From Eledone cirrhosa (lineage: Eukaryota): a DNA stretch of 64,000 nt. Location: positions 26,970,001 to 27,034,000 of the forward strand of contig OZ024740.1 of the NCBI GenBank assembly GCA_964016885.1, in the 5' to 3' direction. Positions within the stretch are counted from its first letter, which is position 1. Each line of letters opens with the position of its first letter. The translations under genes and the position numbers were made by a program. Positions 15,101 through 28,266 of this stretch are shown here, piece by piece. The notes beneath the pieces are model-generated. The model saw nothing but the letters and a program-made list of their open reading frames with translations, searched no databases and was not told where the DNA came from.

Positions 15101-16479
15101 CTTCCAGTAACCCGGTCCCAACCTACGCGTTTTATCTAGGTCGACTAAACAGATCACAAATTTGTGATCTGAATAGGCGACCGTTTTAAAAATTGGGCAG
15201 CCTACACTATTTCTATATATTTTCCTAATGAAGATCCTGTCTATATACGATCTAGATGACTCTATGGGGTTGGTCCACGTCCACACTGGCGCATTGGGGA
15301 AATCTAGTCGATACCTGTCAGACAGTTGGAACTGGTTGATTAGGTGTTTGAGGCTTTTGCAACCCCCGCTCCTATCAGCTACTCCCACACAATCTCAGCG
15401 TGCCTCTAAGATGCCTTTCCAGTCCCCCGCTAACAGTAGAGAGCGAGACGTACCCAGAAAGGTTTCCAGGCGCCTAAAGAAGTCCGGTCGTACAGCCCCT
15501 GTAGGGGCGTAGACGGCCAGCAGTCTAATGGCACCACCTTCGCTACTGCTCACATCCAGGACCACCAACTTACCGTGAGATACAGACCTTTCCTAAACAG
15601 CACTGCCCCCCACCTCCCATTCCCGGCCTGATAACAGATGCGAAGATCTGATAATCGTCGAAAATGGGGGCTAGTGCGTGCGTGTCGGAAATCCTGGTCT
15701 CGCTGACGGCAATCACATCAATTTCAAGAGACCTGAGGTCGTTGAGCAGGCGACCATGCTTCCAGAGTGACACCAGACCACGAACATTAAAACTTCCTAC
15801 TCTTAATATGGCCATGTTGGCAAGCTAAAAGAGAGAGGGAAGGTTTACTTACCTCCCGGGGGTGTTGTGAATGTCGGGTGGTTCGACCTCCATGATTGGT
15901 GGGGTTTCTTTTGGGAACCCCTTTAAAAGTCTTGATGTGGGTTTCACGTTCGGGGTTCCCACGTCTTCAGGAAAGTTCTCTCGAATTTCTTTGTAGGAAT
16001 CGAGCGACATTCGCACCAGAAGCGAATCTTCTGGCACGCAAAATGTGTTCAATTCAACCATCTCCCCCTCTGTTTAGATGTCCTCCCTTCGTGCTAAGAT
16101 GGCCATCAATTTATCGTTGTTCCTTCTGACAAGCACGAAGTTTTTAATGTTTTGTTGGTGTGGTTTCATTTGTTTTCGTTTTGGTGAATGTGGCGGTGAT
16201 GGTTTTGGTGGTGTTGTTTCGGGTATGTCTGTGTTTGTTGTAGGTGTGGTGTCTGCAATTTCAGGTGTTTATTTGTTCTTGTGTTTGTTTAGGTTGATTG
16301 CGTTTCGGCGATTGTGGAGGTGGTTGTTATGTTGATGTTGGTGTTGATGTTATTGGGGAAGTGTTTGCGTTAGTGATGTCTGTATTTTTTGTTGTGTATA
16401 TTTTTGTGTTTTGTTGGGGCTTTTTTTTTGTGAGTTTTCTGTTTTGTTTTTTGGCACTTTTGGGTTTTCCTTCATCTTC
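12136..16479 (-). mobile_element. Near-full-length decayed Tx1-clade LINE (3' part of ORF1, whole ORF2: APE, RT, zinc knuckle)
   Basis: MAILRVGSFNVRGL..IAVSETR (15815), YIDRIF..YSDHK..GPGYWKLN, FRPISLLNTEVKILAK, LDQSKAFD, VRQGCPLS, AYADNIT, CPRCAQSDETVLHALVEC; 18-bp duplication ACTGATTGCA(A/G)TTAAT(G/A)A at 12118-12135 and 16480-16497. Confidence 0.95.
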
Positions 16480-16499
16480 ACTGATTGCAGTTAATAACT

Positions 16500-16661
16500 A
16501 AAAAAAACTAATAACAATGGCAACAACAATAACAATGACAATGATGATGATGGGGATGGGGGTGGTGATGATGATGATGATGATGATGATCATAATGACG
16601 ATGATGATGATGATGATGCCGATGGTGATTTGGATGATGAGAGTGATGGTGATGATGATGG

Positions 16662-16693
<32 letters not shown>

Positions 16694-16738
16694 GTGATGA
16701 TGGTGATTTGGATGATGAGAGTGATGGTGATGATGATG

Positions 16739-16769
<31 letters not shown>

Positions 16770-17510
16770 CGATGGGGCGGAGGAGGTGGAGGATAATGAT
16801 GATAATGTAGGGGAACAATACAAATAATTATATTTTAATATTTTCTCTTTTAAATCCTATAATTCCACTTGATTCCCGTAAAATTATGTTTTCTCCTCTC
16901 TCAAATATTGCCTCATATTTTATATATTGTTGTTAGTGGTGATGATGGTGGTGTGGTAGTGTTAGTGTGGTAGTGTGGTGGTGTTGGTAGTGTGGTAGTG
17001 TTAGTGGTATTGTAGTGTGGTAGTGTTAGTGTTGATGATGGTAATGGTGGTGTTGGTGTGATAGTGTGGTAGTGTGGTGGTGTGGTAGTGTTGTAGTGTG
17101 GTAGTGTGGTAATGTATTGGTGTGGTAGTGTGGTAGTGTGGTGGTGTGGTAGTGTGGTAGTGTGGTAGTGTTGGTGAACGATGGTTATAGCAATTGGGAT
17201 ATTGATAGTACTGGGAATGTGGTGTGGTAGTGTTGTAGTTTGGTGGTGTGGTGGTGTGGTAATAGGGTGGCGTGGTAGTGTAATAGTGTGCTGTGGTAGT
17301 GTTGTAGTGTGGTAGTGTGGTGATGTGGTAATATGGTGGTGTGGTAGTGTAATAGTGTGGTGTGGTAGTGTTGTAGTGTGGTGGTGTGGTGGTGTGGTAG
17401 TGTAATGGTGTGGTTTGGTAGTGTTGTAGTGTGGTGGTGTGGTGGTGTGGTAGTGTAATAGTGTGGTGTGGTAGTGTTGTAGTGTGGTGGCGTGATGGCG
17501 TGGTAGTGTT
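16500..17510. repeat. (GAT)n tract followed by a GTGTGGTA-type degenerate repeat
   Basis: Direct reading. Confidence 0.9.
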
Positions 17511-20170
17511 TAATTTGTAATTGTTTTTATTGTTGTTGTTTTATTCAGTGCTGTTAGCACAATTACCTCCACCCCACACTTTTCTGTCTGTCTGGTTGTG
17601 GAGGGAGGAGGAGGAGGCGAAGTGCTCGAAACAGTTGGCCTCATATGACCTCACTATCAACTCAATAAAACGAAGTTAAACTGCAATAAAACCGCGCCAT
17701 ATTGTCAAATAATTTAGATGCAATTAATTTTTTTTATATTTTTAAATGCAATAATTATTTCTATTGACAAGTCTCATGTAATATGGACTGTTATAGGGAC
17801 ATATTATATATGTTGTTGTTGCTGATGTTTAGCAAGGCTTAGCCAGGATCTAGCAAAAATATGATCAGAAAGCATTATATCTCTACAAGATTCTTGTCAT
17901 TGTATTTTTCGAGCATGGTATATCTAGGAATATATTAATCAATGTATCATCTTCGTAAGGCGACAGGATGAGATTTGTTGGGGTGGGATTTTGGGGAGTG
18001 TGGTTGCAATTCCATATAGGTTGAATGTCTATGTAGATATTCATTATGTTTGGCCCGAAAGATACAGTTTGATGTGAACAATGTTTTTGTATTCAACAAG
18101 AGATAATTTGAAACCTAGAAAATCCGAATTCTTGACACTGTCGTTCGCAGTCTAGTAACATAACGACAGGGCAGGTTATCACTTTTGGTGATAATATTTG
18201 TGATTGTGGGGAAGCTAGATATGACAATCCCAACATTTTGGGGATATCAAGGATTTCATTATCTATGAAACACTAAGATGTGATATCGGCTATTATTTCC
18301 GAGGAAGAACGGCTACTATTTCTAAGAAACATCACATTTCCTTGATTGGTTTGTATTTGACAAGGGATTTGAAAGTATTACTCCAAATGTTTATCATACA
18401 AAATAGAATAAATATGACAATTCGGAGGTTTTATATATTCATTTATCTTAACACATCATAAGTAACACAATGTGATTTAAGCTCGGAGAGAACCTTAACT
18501 CTTTGATGTTTAGAAGTACCTTTACAAAATAAATCCGTCAAAAGGAGACACACATTAAAAACCTACACGGCTTTTTTTTATTATTCTGAGGGCCCTACGA
18601 GTTGTGAGGCTTCAGCAATTTCTTGTTTCGGTTTGACAGCAAAATATCTTTTCAAAGGTCTAGTACCCAAACAGATCCTGTCAATTTAATCTTCCTTCAT
18701 TGGCTGCGAACCATTTATTGACATGTTTCACACATCTTCCAGCCCAGGATGTTTAACATATGAAACTTTTTAATTATTTAGTAGCTGAAGAGTGATAGAT
18801 TGACTGAAGTATTAATGCTTAAGAGAAAATACTTTGATTTATTTCAATACAGATTCTTTACGTTCTGAGTTTAAACTTCAATGCGGCAGACATTAATCTT
18901 CCATTTCCCAACAAAATATACGGCCTTGTTAGAAATAATTTTTATAATGGAAACATTGTGTGGAGAACTCACATCCTTCGTAGACCATTCCAGATTCATG
19001 AGGTCAATACGGCTGATGTTCACATTGAACTTCTATAGTATCATACTTATAGAGAATGTATGAAAGAAGTCATTTGAGCTCATATCGCCCTTACCTCCCA
19101 CAACACAGTGAACCATTATTCAGCTCATACCTCCAACGAAGCAATTTGTCACGAAGGTTTGCAATAAAACATATTTGACCTAAATAGCCATAACTATATT
19201 TAATTGTCTTGGTCACATTTCATAATTAAATAAAACTTCTCGTGTAAGTTTTCAAGAATGCCAATCGAGACATATCTCATTCCAGGTTCTAGAGTCCTGC
19301 ATCAAATAAAACAACTTCAGAGGATAAAACACAGAGTAGAGAATTAACATATTCAGGTGTCGTCTGTTCCGAAGCAGTCCATATATATATTCACTATAGT
19401 TTGTCAGTCATGTTCCATCTATAATTTCTTCGTTTTCCTCTTCCTCGTTTCTCATACATTGACATTTTTATGAATATTTTCTATAATTAATTTTTGCTAA
19501 AAGATATTCCAAAAAGTCCAGGTAGTCTAAACTTGGTTGATATCAAAAGGTTCTTCGTGTTGTTGAAATAAATTTAGCGAGTCCAACTTAACATATCCCT
19601 TTGAATTTTTACTAAATCACGAAAGTATTTTTTTTTCTATAGGTTCTGTGACTCAGATGTTTGAATTTATATTCTCTTCCATACAGGGGATGCTTTTTAC
19701 AATTATATTTTAGTTAATATCTGCTTCAATTTGAATTTTGAAGTAAATATTAAGATCTTTCAAACTAGTATGGCTCTTTAGGTATCAAGACGTTGTTGAT
19801 CTGAATCCAAGAGAAATGTTATAAAGGAATTATAGACAATTGTTGGATGTTTAGAAAAAATACATAGTTATGTAAGACAAGTACCTAAGAATGTTTCTAG
19901 TGTCAGGTAATACGCTATTGTATTAGTGTTAAAATGGTGAATTGACTGACTCCCCCCTCCCTACTATTATTTGGGACCCGTCAGTATAAGATATTGTAAA
20001 TTTATATGTATATAGTTTTATTTACATTGTTTCTTAATTGGAAATATTTCTTATCTTTTGCAGTGATCTTGAAATATGAGAAGTATGACAGACATGGACG
20101 ATTTCTTCAATATTCAATGAATAGTTACCTGGTTAGAACCTGAGGCAAGTATATTATAAATATCTCATTA

Positions 20171-20228
<58 letters not shown>

Positions 20229-20288
20229 CTCACAAATGCACACACACATGAATACTTACAAATGTAGACACATAAGCGTACAAATATA

Positions 20289-20633
20289 CGAGCGTCGGCT
20301 GGAAAGTTAATAAGCTGACTAAGATACCCTCATGAAATGACGAAATGATGTCTATTTTTCAACATAATCACTAGAAAGAAATAAGGCAGTTATTAACAAA
20401 AAGATTTGAAATTAATGTATGCAAGATTTCACAGCTCTAGCGTCAATGCTTGATAGGCTGACCAAGATACTCTCATGGAATGCTCAAATGGGGTTTATTT
20501 TTCAACATAGTACTTGGAAAGAAACAATCAATGCAGTTATTAATAAGAAAGGTTGAAATTAATGTATGTAAGATTTCATAGCTCTAGCATTATTGCTTCA
20601 TAATCAGCCTATGAACCTTTTAGCCTAACCTCG
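20289..20633. mobile_element. Non-autonomous Tc1/mariner element (MITE)
   Basis: TA|CGAGCGTCGGCTGGAAAGTTAATAAGCTGA ... TCAGCCTATGAACCTTTTAGCCTAACCTCG|TA; internal ~135-bp direct duplication. Confidence 0.8.
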
Positions 20634-20861
20634 TACACAGAAACAATCAGTTGTAGGACTAATACAGTACTTTGTTTAACACCATCACCCGAAACTTGTG
20701 TGACATTTCTTTAGAATGTTTCGTCTGTTGTATACGTTCAGACAAGACTCGCCATTTTAGCAGACCACAACTCACGTTTGTTCTGCATAATTTTATTTCT
20801 GAATGTTCTAACTCATCATTGGCGGTAGACTTATTCCATCTGACGATTTACCCGAGTACCC

Positions 20862-20980
20862 GAGCCTCGGGAACTGGAAAGGCTTTACCAGCACGTCTCC
20901 CTTGCCGTCCTCCGAGGAAACGCCTTCTCCATTCTGTCCGCTGGGGGCTGTGAGGAGGCCACCAATATGATTGACTGACT
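20862..20980 (+). mobile_element. 3' end of a CRE-like (restriction-like endonuclease) LINE
   Basis: Translates RELERLYQHVSLAVLRGNAFSILS; same family as 34490-34562 and 42884-43135. Confidence 0.7.
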
Positions 20981-21164
20981 TGTCATTTTACCAGTCAGAT
21001 GTTTTTAGACATCATCCAGTTAAATATGTCTATAATAGTTCACAAAATGCATAGATAATTTTATGGGCCCATATATTTCTTTCTCTCTTTCTCTCTTTGT
21101 TGTAAACCAGCCTTTTTCAACGCCTAACCCTGAGATTTTTTTATGGACATGGTAAAACATATAA

Positions 21165-21350
21165 TTGTTTCTACTTTAGGCACAAGGCCAGCAAATACCC
21201 AGTGCATTACTGGTACTTAATTTTATCGACCCCGTAAGGATGAAAGGTAAAGTCAACCTCGGCGGGATTTGAACTCAGATCGTAAAGGGACGTAACTATG
21301 CTGGAAAGTATGGCGTCCGACCTTCTACCGATACTGCCAATCCACCGGGT
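21165..21350 (-). mobile_element. tRNA-derived SINE
   Basis: Reverse complement of the SINE at 1024-1200. Confidence 0.85.
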
Positions 21351-21364
21351 AAAACATATAATGA

Positions 21365-21575
21365 CTGGAAGCGGTAGCTTTTAAAAATCAATTAGGGTGT
21401 TACTGGAAATAATGGAAATTCTTGGAATAAATACATCGTGGCCATCAAAGCAACCTGTCAATGGTGTTGCTTCATTAAGATATGGCATCAGTTGCTTGAT
21501 TACCAATTTAGTTCGATTGTACAAATGTATAATATTCAGATTCCAAAGAAGAAGAATTTGCGGTTCTTTCATGTT
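21365..21575 (-). pseudogene. Helitron Pif1-like helicase fragment
   Basis: LLLWNLN..LYNRTKLVIKQLMPYLNEATPLTGCFDGHDVFIPRI matches the Helitron LLRNL..LCNGTRL....IEATILTG..G..VFIPRI motif. Confidence 0.75.
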
Positions 21576-22407
21576 GGGGTGGTTTTACTATATTCGGCTC
21601 TGCTCTGGCAATAGCAGGGTACTTGATGTGTTGCCTCCTATTGCATCATATCGTGTGTTATAGTTTCTTCTTCCGTCTCCCCAACCTGGCATAGAAGCCT
21701 TGCTTAAATATGTCATGGACAATACCACTCCTCCTCTTCTTGCTCCTACTTCTCCTCCTCCTCATACTCCTCCCCTCCTCCTCCTCCCACTCCTCCTCAA
21801 TCATCACCCCCACCACATTCTCCGTCTCTGACTGACCTGTAATCTACAATATAACTACAACTTCAGGAGTATTAAAAGGGATGACTGCTGGTTTAGGTGT
21901 TGGGTATTTCAATTGTTTGATCATTTGAACAACGTACCTATGGAATTAGCATATGAATGGCTGAGTATACCACTCACTTACACACACACACCTACACACA
22001 CCTATAAACATACACACACATACTTACATACAACTACACACACCTACCCTCATACAGAGTTTTCAGGCAGATTCTTTATTACACTGACTGAGATAAAGCT
22101 AGATGTTTGAATTACAGGTATTATTACTTCTACTGTCTTCCATATATTTTCCTTGTGCTTAATGTTAATGATGATAGTTCGATCGAGGTAAAGGTGTTAT
22201 GAAAGATACTTGCTCAAGATGCTGAGAGAGTGCGGTGACGAGATTTTAAAGTGAACTTCTTAACCACTTATCTCTTCCTGCATTAGAGATCATAGTTACA
22301 CATGCACATTAAAACACACACATACCCACACAAATGCGCTCCCATAGGATTAACAGAACCATATACAGATTTTCCGAAACCAAAGGTTAAATTTGTTAAA
22401 CAAATGG

Positions 22408-22580
22408 CCATGCAGTAACTTGTACCATGCAGTAACTTGTACCATGCAGTAACTTGTACCATGCAGTAACTTGTACCATGCAGTACCTTGTACCATGCAG
22501 TACCTTGTACCATGCAGTAACTTGTACCATGCAGTAACTTGTACCATGCAGTAACTTGTACCATGCAGTAACTTGTACCA
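22408..22580. repeat. 17-bp tandem repeat (CCATGCAGTAACTTGTA), ~10 units
   Basis: Direct reading. Confidence 0.95.
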
Positions 22581-23493
22581 TATTCAGTCTTAACTTCTAT
22601 AAATTGTTATAAAATTATTTAGAGCTTTTACATGCTTTTTTAGTCTGATGCAAGATTATAATTCTGTTTGATGCATTCTGTATATATGTGTATGTGTTTG
22701 GAGGGTGTATGCGTGCTTGTGTGTGTGTGTGTGTGTGTGTATGTGAGAGAGAGTGAGTGTGCGTGTGCGTGTGTGGGTGTGTGTGTGGGGGTGAGCGTGT
22801 GTGTGTGTGTGTGTGTGTGAGTGAGTGAGTGTGCGTGCGTGTGGGTGTGTGTGTGTGCGCGTGCGTGTGTGTGCGTATATGGGTACTTATCAAAGCATGT
22901 GTACAATGGAGTTTAAGTGCTTCCACATACACATTACTATTATGTAAGAGTCAGCTACATATGAGAGACGTACAGGGATATGCTTACTTCACATCTACTG
23001 ACGATCGCTCCACACAGTATGAAACCATGGTATATATTTAATTATAGTAAACAGTAAAGAAAAACTAGATTCTAAAGCAATCAGTTATGGTCTACAACAC
23101 TGTAATGAGTTCTTATTGAATAAGTTACTGTGACGTCAGACGTTTATTGAATTTGGCCAAATTACATTATATAAGTTAGATTCAAACATAAACTCACATA
23201 TATTTATTTATATACACACTAATACACACACGCACATCCATATATGTACATACCTAAACACATCCCTACATGCATACATACATGCATACATACATACATA
23301 TACACATACATACATATATATACATACATGCACATATACATACATATATATATATACATACATAAATACAATCATTAATAAATACAAATAAACATGCATA
23401 AAAATAAACATTCATACATACATACATCATACATTCATACATACATACATACATACATACATACATACATACATACATACATACATACATACA

Positions 23494-23527
<34 letters not shown>

Positions 23528-23763
23528 CATACGCACGTACATAGTTTCATAGAAAAATATGAATTAGACACAAATAAGTAAAAACATATTTTACTCTAAA
23601 GAGCAACATATGATTCTCGACCAACATGAAAGAGTTTTAACAAAAAAACAATTCAACCTAATTAAAAATGTTTTGAGAATCCAAAACGGAGAAAGCAGGC
23701 TTTGCTAACATCAATTTTTGTACATGTTATGAAGAATTTCGAAAGAATTTTTTATCATTTTCC

Positions 23764-23797
<34 letters not shown>

Positions 23798-23798
<1 letters not shown>

Positions 23799-24075
23799 AC
23801 GAAGGAAATGTGGTAAGGAACCAGGTGGACCATAACGATCCAAAGTACTCAATACTTAGGGTAGTAGAGTGGGTAATAGAAACGAGTAGGAAACCGATGG
23901 CTGAGCTCAAGCCGTTTCGACGGCTAATTCTGGAATTAGCCGTCGAAACGGCTTGAGCTCAGCCGTCGGAGTCCTATTCGTTCCTATATATATATATATA
24001 TATATATAGGAAAAGTGTCAGGACCCCGACGGCTGTGTTCTGGCCGTTTCGACAGCCAGATCCGAGATAAACCAG
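23798..24075. mobile_element. Copies of the (AT)n-embedded GCCGTCGAAACGGC repeat family, with fold-back
   Basis: Same sequence as 39448-40168; partial inverted arm 23935-23985; variant copy 24008-24075. Confidence 0.8.
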
Positions 24076-24169
24076 GTTTATATATATCTATATCTATCTA
24101 TCTATCTATCTATGTATATAGATAGATAGATATAGATAGATATGTGTGTGTGTGTGCGTGTGTGTGTTT

Positions 24170-24815
24170 GTGTGTGTAAAAGGTAAACAGAAATAACAAC
24201 ACAATCGGTACAGTATATGGAAGGGATATATTAGGTTAATGCTTCATATAGCAGGAAGAGGGTCTTAATATTTCGGACGCTATTCCTTCATCAGAAGAAA
24301 GAATGAGAAATAAGTTAGATTGACGGGACGGACGGGTTTGAGTTGGAAAAAATATCTTTAGATACAAATAACAGGTTCTCCATATGTATATATGTATGTA
24401 TGTATTTATGTTGTGTTGTAACGTATACTAGACTCTGTCCTGTGGTTATAATTATTTCCGTGCAATGTCATAAGATCGGTTAAGTGCTTCGAGATTGGAT
24501 TTACATGGTCACATCTTACGGCGGAAATGGGTTGTGTTGCTTCTGCGTTAAATTAGGCAGAATTCATATGATTATTGTTGATATTACCATTAGAAATGTT
24601 AATGTTTGACCGGGAGATTAATTCACCATTAGTCAGGTATTTATTTTTATATGTAATTAGTGTATGGTTTACCTATTGTTCAGTTAAGTATTGTGCCTTG
24701 TTTTGTCCATTCTTTCCACCATTAACCGTCCAATTCTATATACTTTCTGAAACCTCCAAATGCAACGATTCCATATTTGCTAATATATATTTGTATTTTC
24801 TGCAATGAGAGGAGT
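24170..24815 (-). mobile_element. Probable Penelope-like 3' end with a minimal hammerhead at 24263-24298
   Basis: TCTT-CTGATGA-A-GGA ATAGCG TCC-GAAA-TA-TT-AAGA; upstream SHCRKYKYILAN resembles a PLE endonuclease C-terminus. Confidence 0.6.
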
Positions 24816-24852
24816 ACATGTATAATGTGTCAAAATACGGTGAAAGCTATTC

Positions 24853-24917
<65 letters not shown>

Positions 24918-24959
24918 AATATGAAAACAAGACGTGCTGCGTGGTTGCAAATGGGTTAC

Positions 24960-25067
24960 ATATGAATCAATTTAGTCGTTCATCAGTGATCTTCCAACCT
25001 TCATTGGTATTTCAAGAGATGAAATACCAATGAAGGTTGGAAGATCACTGATGAAGGACTAAATTTA

Positions 25068-25122
<55 letters not shown>

Positions 25123-25356
25123 GAATAGCTTTCACCGTATTTTGACTAAAGAAATGTTAGTCTCATAATGGGGTTTAGAACCCTCAGATAAATGGAAAAA
25201 GATGAGTATTGATGTACATCAATACTCATCTTTTTCCATTTATCTGAGGGTTCTAAACCCCATTATCAGACTAACATTTCTTTAGTCAAAATACAGTGAA
25301 AGCTATTCTATTTTCTAATTTCAAACTGGCTCACTCTTTCAAAACATACTTACTTG

Positions 25357-25447
<91 letters not shown>

Positions 25448-25706
25448 AGAAAAAAGAGAATCAGTGTTGCGACGAAAGGAATTTATTGGACATATTACAA
25501 ATGTTTCTCGGGCAACCAACTCGAGGCACCATCGAAATTTCACCTGACGCTGAAATCAAGACGGTCGTCAGATACATCTCGATTCTACGAAGCAGATCTT
25601 CCATAGGAAAACCATATTGATCGTGCCTCGAGATGGTCGCCCGAGAAACATATGTCCAATAAATTCCTCTCGTCGTAACACTGATTCTTTATATTTTCTG
25701 TGATAT
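24960..25706. repeat. Three adjacent long inverted repeats separated by (AT)n
   Basis: Palindromes at 24960-25074, 25119-25312 (centre GATGTACATC) and 25441-25706. Confidence 0.9.
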
Positions 25707-25779
25707 CATACTCTACTCTACGAGGGCACTGAGTCCTCATACGGCCTACCGCATACGGACGCTTTAAACATCCAACACC

Positions 25780-25838
<59 letters not shown>

Positions 25839-26063
25839 AATCACCAGATTGAGAGGCAGATCTAAAATGGAGTTTGAGTCCATAACTTCTTCTGTGAAAC
25901 GCCCATAACAGGTCGATACACAATGAAATATTAAATACATGTAAATCAAACTCTATCATAATCCTTAATATACGTACACACACGAACACATTCACACACA
26001 CACACATATATATATATATATAAATATATATATAAATATATATATATATAAATATATATATAT

Positions 26064-26098
26064 AGCTGAAGATCCGCATAAGGTGAAACAAGTGTTCT
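26064..26098 (+). ncRNA. Minimal hammerhead-like motif
   Basis: AG-CTGAAGA-T-CC GCATAA GG-T-GAAA-C AAGT G-TT-CT; stem I only 2 bp, abutting (AT)n. Confidence 0.45.
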
Positions 26099-27661
26099 CG
26101 GTATGGTGAACCAACTCTGGTGTTACTACTTCTATATATGCACGTACACCAAAGTTCACATATATAGAGGGATGGATGTTACAAGTTTAGTTTAATAAGA
26201 CTATGATCAACTAAATAGTCGATATTTAAGGACGTAGAGTATATGTAATGTAAATAGTTCGTAACCGATGGCTGACCTCATGCCGTTGGTGTTTGAAATT
26301 TGAAAATATGAGAGTCCGAAACACAAAATATGGCAGTCGATCAGTAGGGGTAATAGTTGAGAAAAATGGGGTAAATGCCGTAAAAATGGAAAGCCCTGGG
26401 ATTATGTGAATGGTGAAAACAAGGATTAGCAATATACAAGTGGCAAGATAAGGAATGAAGACATATATTTAGTTCAAGAAAGGAGAGAATTCTACACAAA
26501 TATATTGCTCTGAATACTAGAGCTTTAAGTTGGTGCATAAATAATTAATGGAACTTGATTGGATTTTAAAGTCAATGCATAAATATATAACTGCATCAAT
26601 GGGTCTTAATTGCGCAAATTGTCGATATGCTAATAATGTATCAATCACGTATTACAATCGATATAATTGTTGGTTGTTTCTCATAACCAAATTTCTGTTC
26701 CATTCTCCATCTTGAACATAAGTGGAGTGAAAGAAGAGTTAGAGCGTCAGGCTGGTACCAGTTTTAGTTTCTAAGTTCAAATAAGGATAAATTTTACTTT
26801 GCTTTTGTCCATCCATGGTCTAAAACAAAGTTTCAATCCTGAACCGCAGTCAATTTAATCTACTTTCTCACCTCGAAAATGACTGGATTTTCCCTAAATT
26901 AGCAAACATTTATTTTTATTATTGTGAGGGGTTCTGGACACAAACAAGGACAGTCTGATCAGAGTTTCTAGAGAAATTTCAGGGCGAGCATTATGAACAA
27001 TTCCCCGAATACTTGCCATAGAAGTACAACAGGTAGAATTACTAATTCGAGAAAAAATTCTACAGGAACAAACTTGCTAAATGCCGAACCTCCCCATCAT
27101 ACATGCAGTAACAGTAATGCACTAGGATCGATTTAATCGACTTTCCTCTCGCCCAAAATTGTTGGCCTTGTTCCTAAACCAGAAACCAATATTATTATTA
27201 TTATTATCTGATATTATTTGGGTGGTGGGTTGGCAGAGTTATTAGGGCTTGCGAAAAAGTAATTCGTGATATTTCTTCCGGGTGTTATAAATATTGTATT
27301 CACATCCCGTTGAGATCTACAAGCCGAGGTAGATAAAAATAAATGTACGGTCCAGTCTAAGACTGAGATCAACCTCATTGACTTTCCCCAAACACCAAAT
27401 TGGTGACCTTCTACTTTTATTGAAACCATTACCCTATAGCAATGAATGATTATTGAACCATTAAATCAAAAGGAAATCAATGCTATTACACGCAAACCTA
27501 AAACATTCTCCCAAGTCGGGAGTGAAGTGAAAGAAAATAGACATTTCCAAGTGACTTTTTAAAATAAATACTTATAAGCTGCTTTATGCATTAAGTGCTT
27601 TGCCTTAAATTGGAGACTTTTCTCATTTACTTAAGTTAAACAAGAGCATAGACTCACACAT

Positions 27662-27704
<43 letters not shown>

Positions 27705-27817
27705 GTGTGATATACATACATAGGTATATATACATATATATATATATATGTACATATATATACATATATATATCTACATATATATATAAATATTACATGT
27801 ACATATTATACACACAC

Positions 27818-27869
<52 letters not shown>

Positions 27870-28064
27870 TTATGTGTTCACGTAAACACATATATAAACA
27901 CAACAGAGAGACGTAATATTTTTAAGGGATCAAATAGGGTAGGAAATGCTTAAGTTGAGTGTAGTTCATATATTGTGTCATAATGATTGATATATAGCTT
28001 ACTTGACTGTAAACTGACAGAGTAGCTTGATGGGTAGAGAAACAGAAGGATTATAGAGTGACAC

Positions 28065-28262
28065 ACAGAGATAGAGAGATATAGAGTTATATAGCTAGCT
28101 ATATATAGAGAGGAGATAGAAAGAGAGATATAGAGTTATATAGCTAGCTATATATAGAGAGGAGATAGACAGAGAGATATACAGTTATATAGCTAGCTAA
28201 GTATAGAGAGGAGATAGAAAGAGAGACATACAGTTATATAGCAAGCTAGCTATCTATATAGA
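28065..28262. repeat. 49-bp tandem repeat, ~4 units
   Basis: TAGAGTTATATAGCTAGCT at 28082, 28131, ~28180. Confidence 0.85.
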
Positions 28263-28266
28263 TATG

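Noticed and set aside
16498-16827. Poly-Met/Asp/Ile ORFs (superficially reflectin-like or acidic)
   Set aside because: (GAT)n repeat; no reflectin M/FD(X)5MD motif and no Tyr/Arg content.
22408-22580. Regular short repeat resembling a CRISPR array or repeat protein
   Set aside because: Contiguous 17-bp units with no spacers, eukaryotic context, no cas genes.
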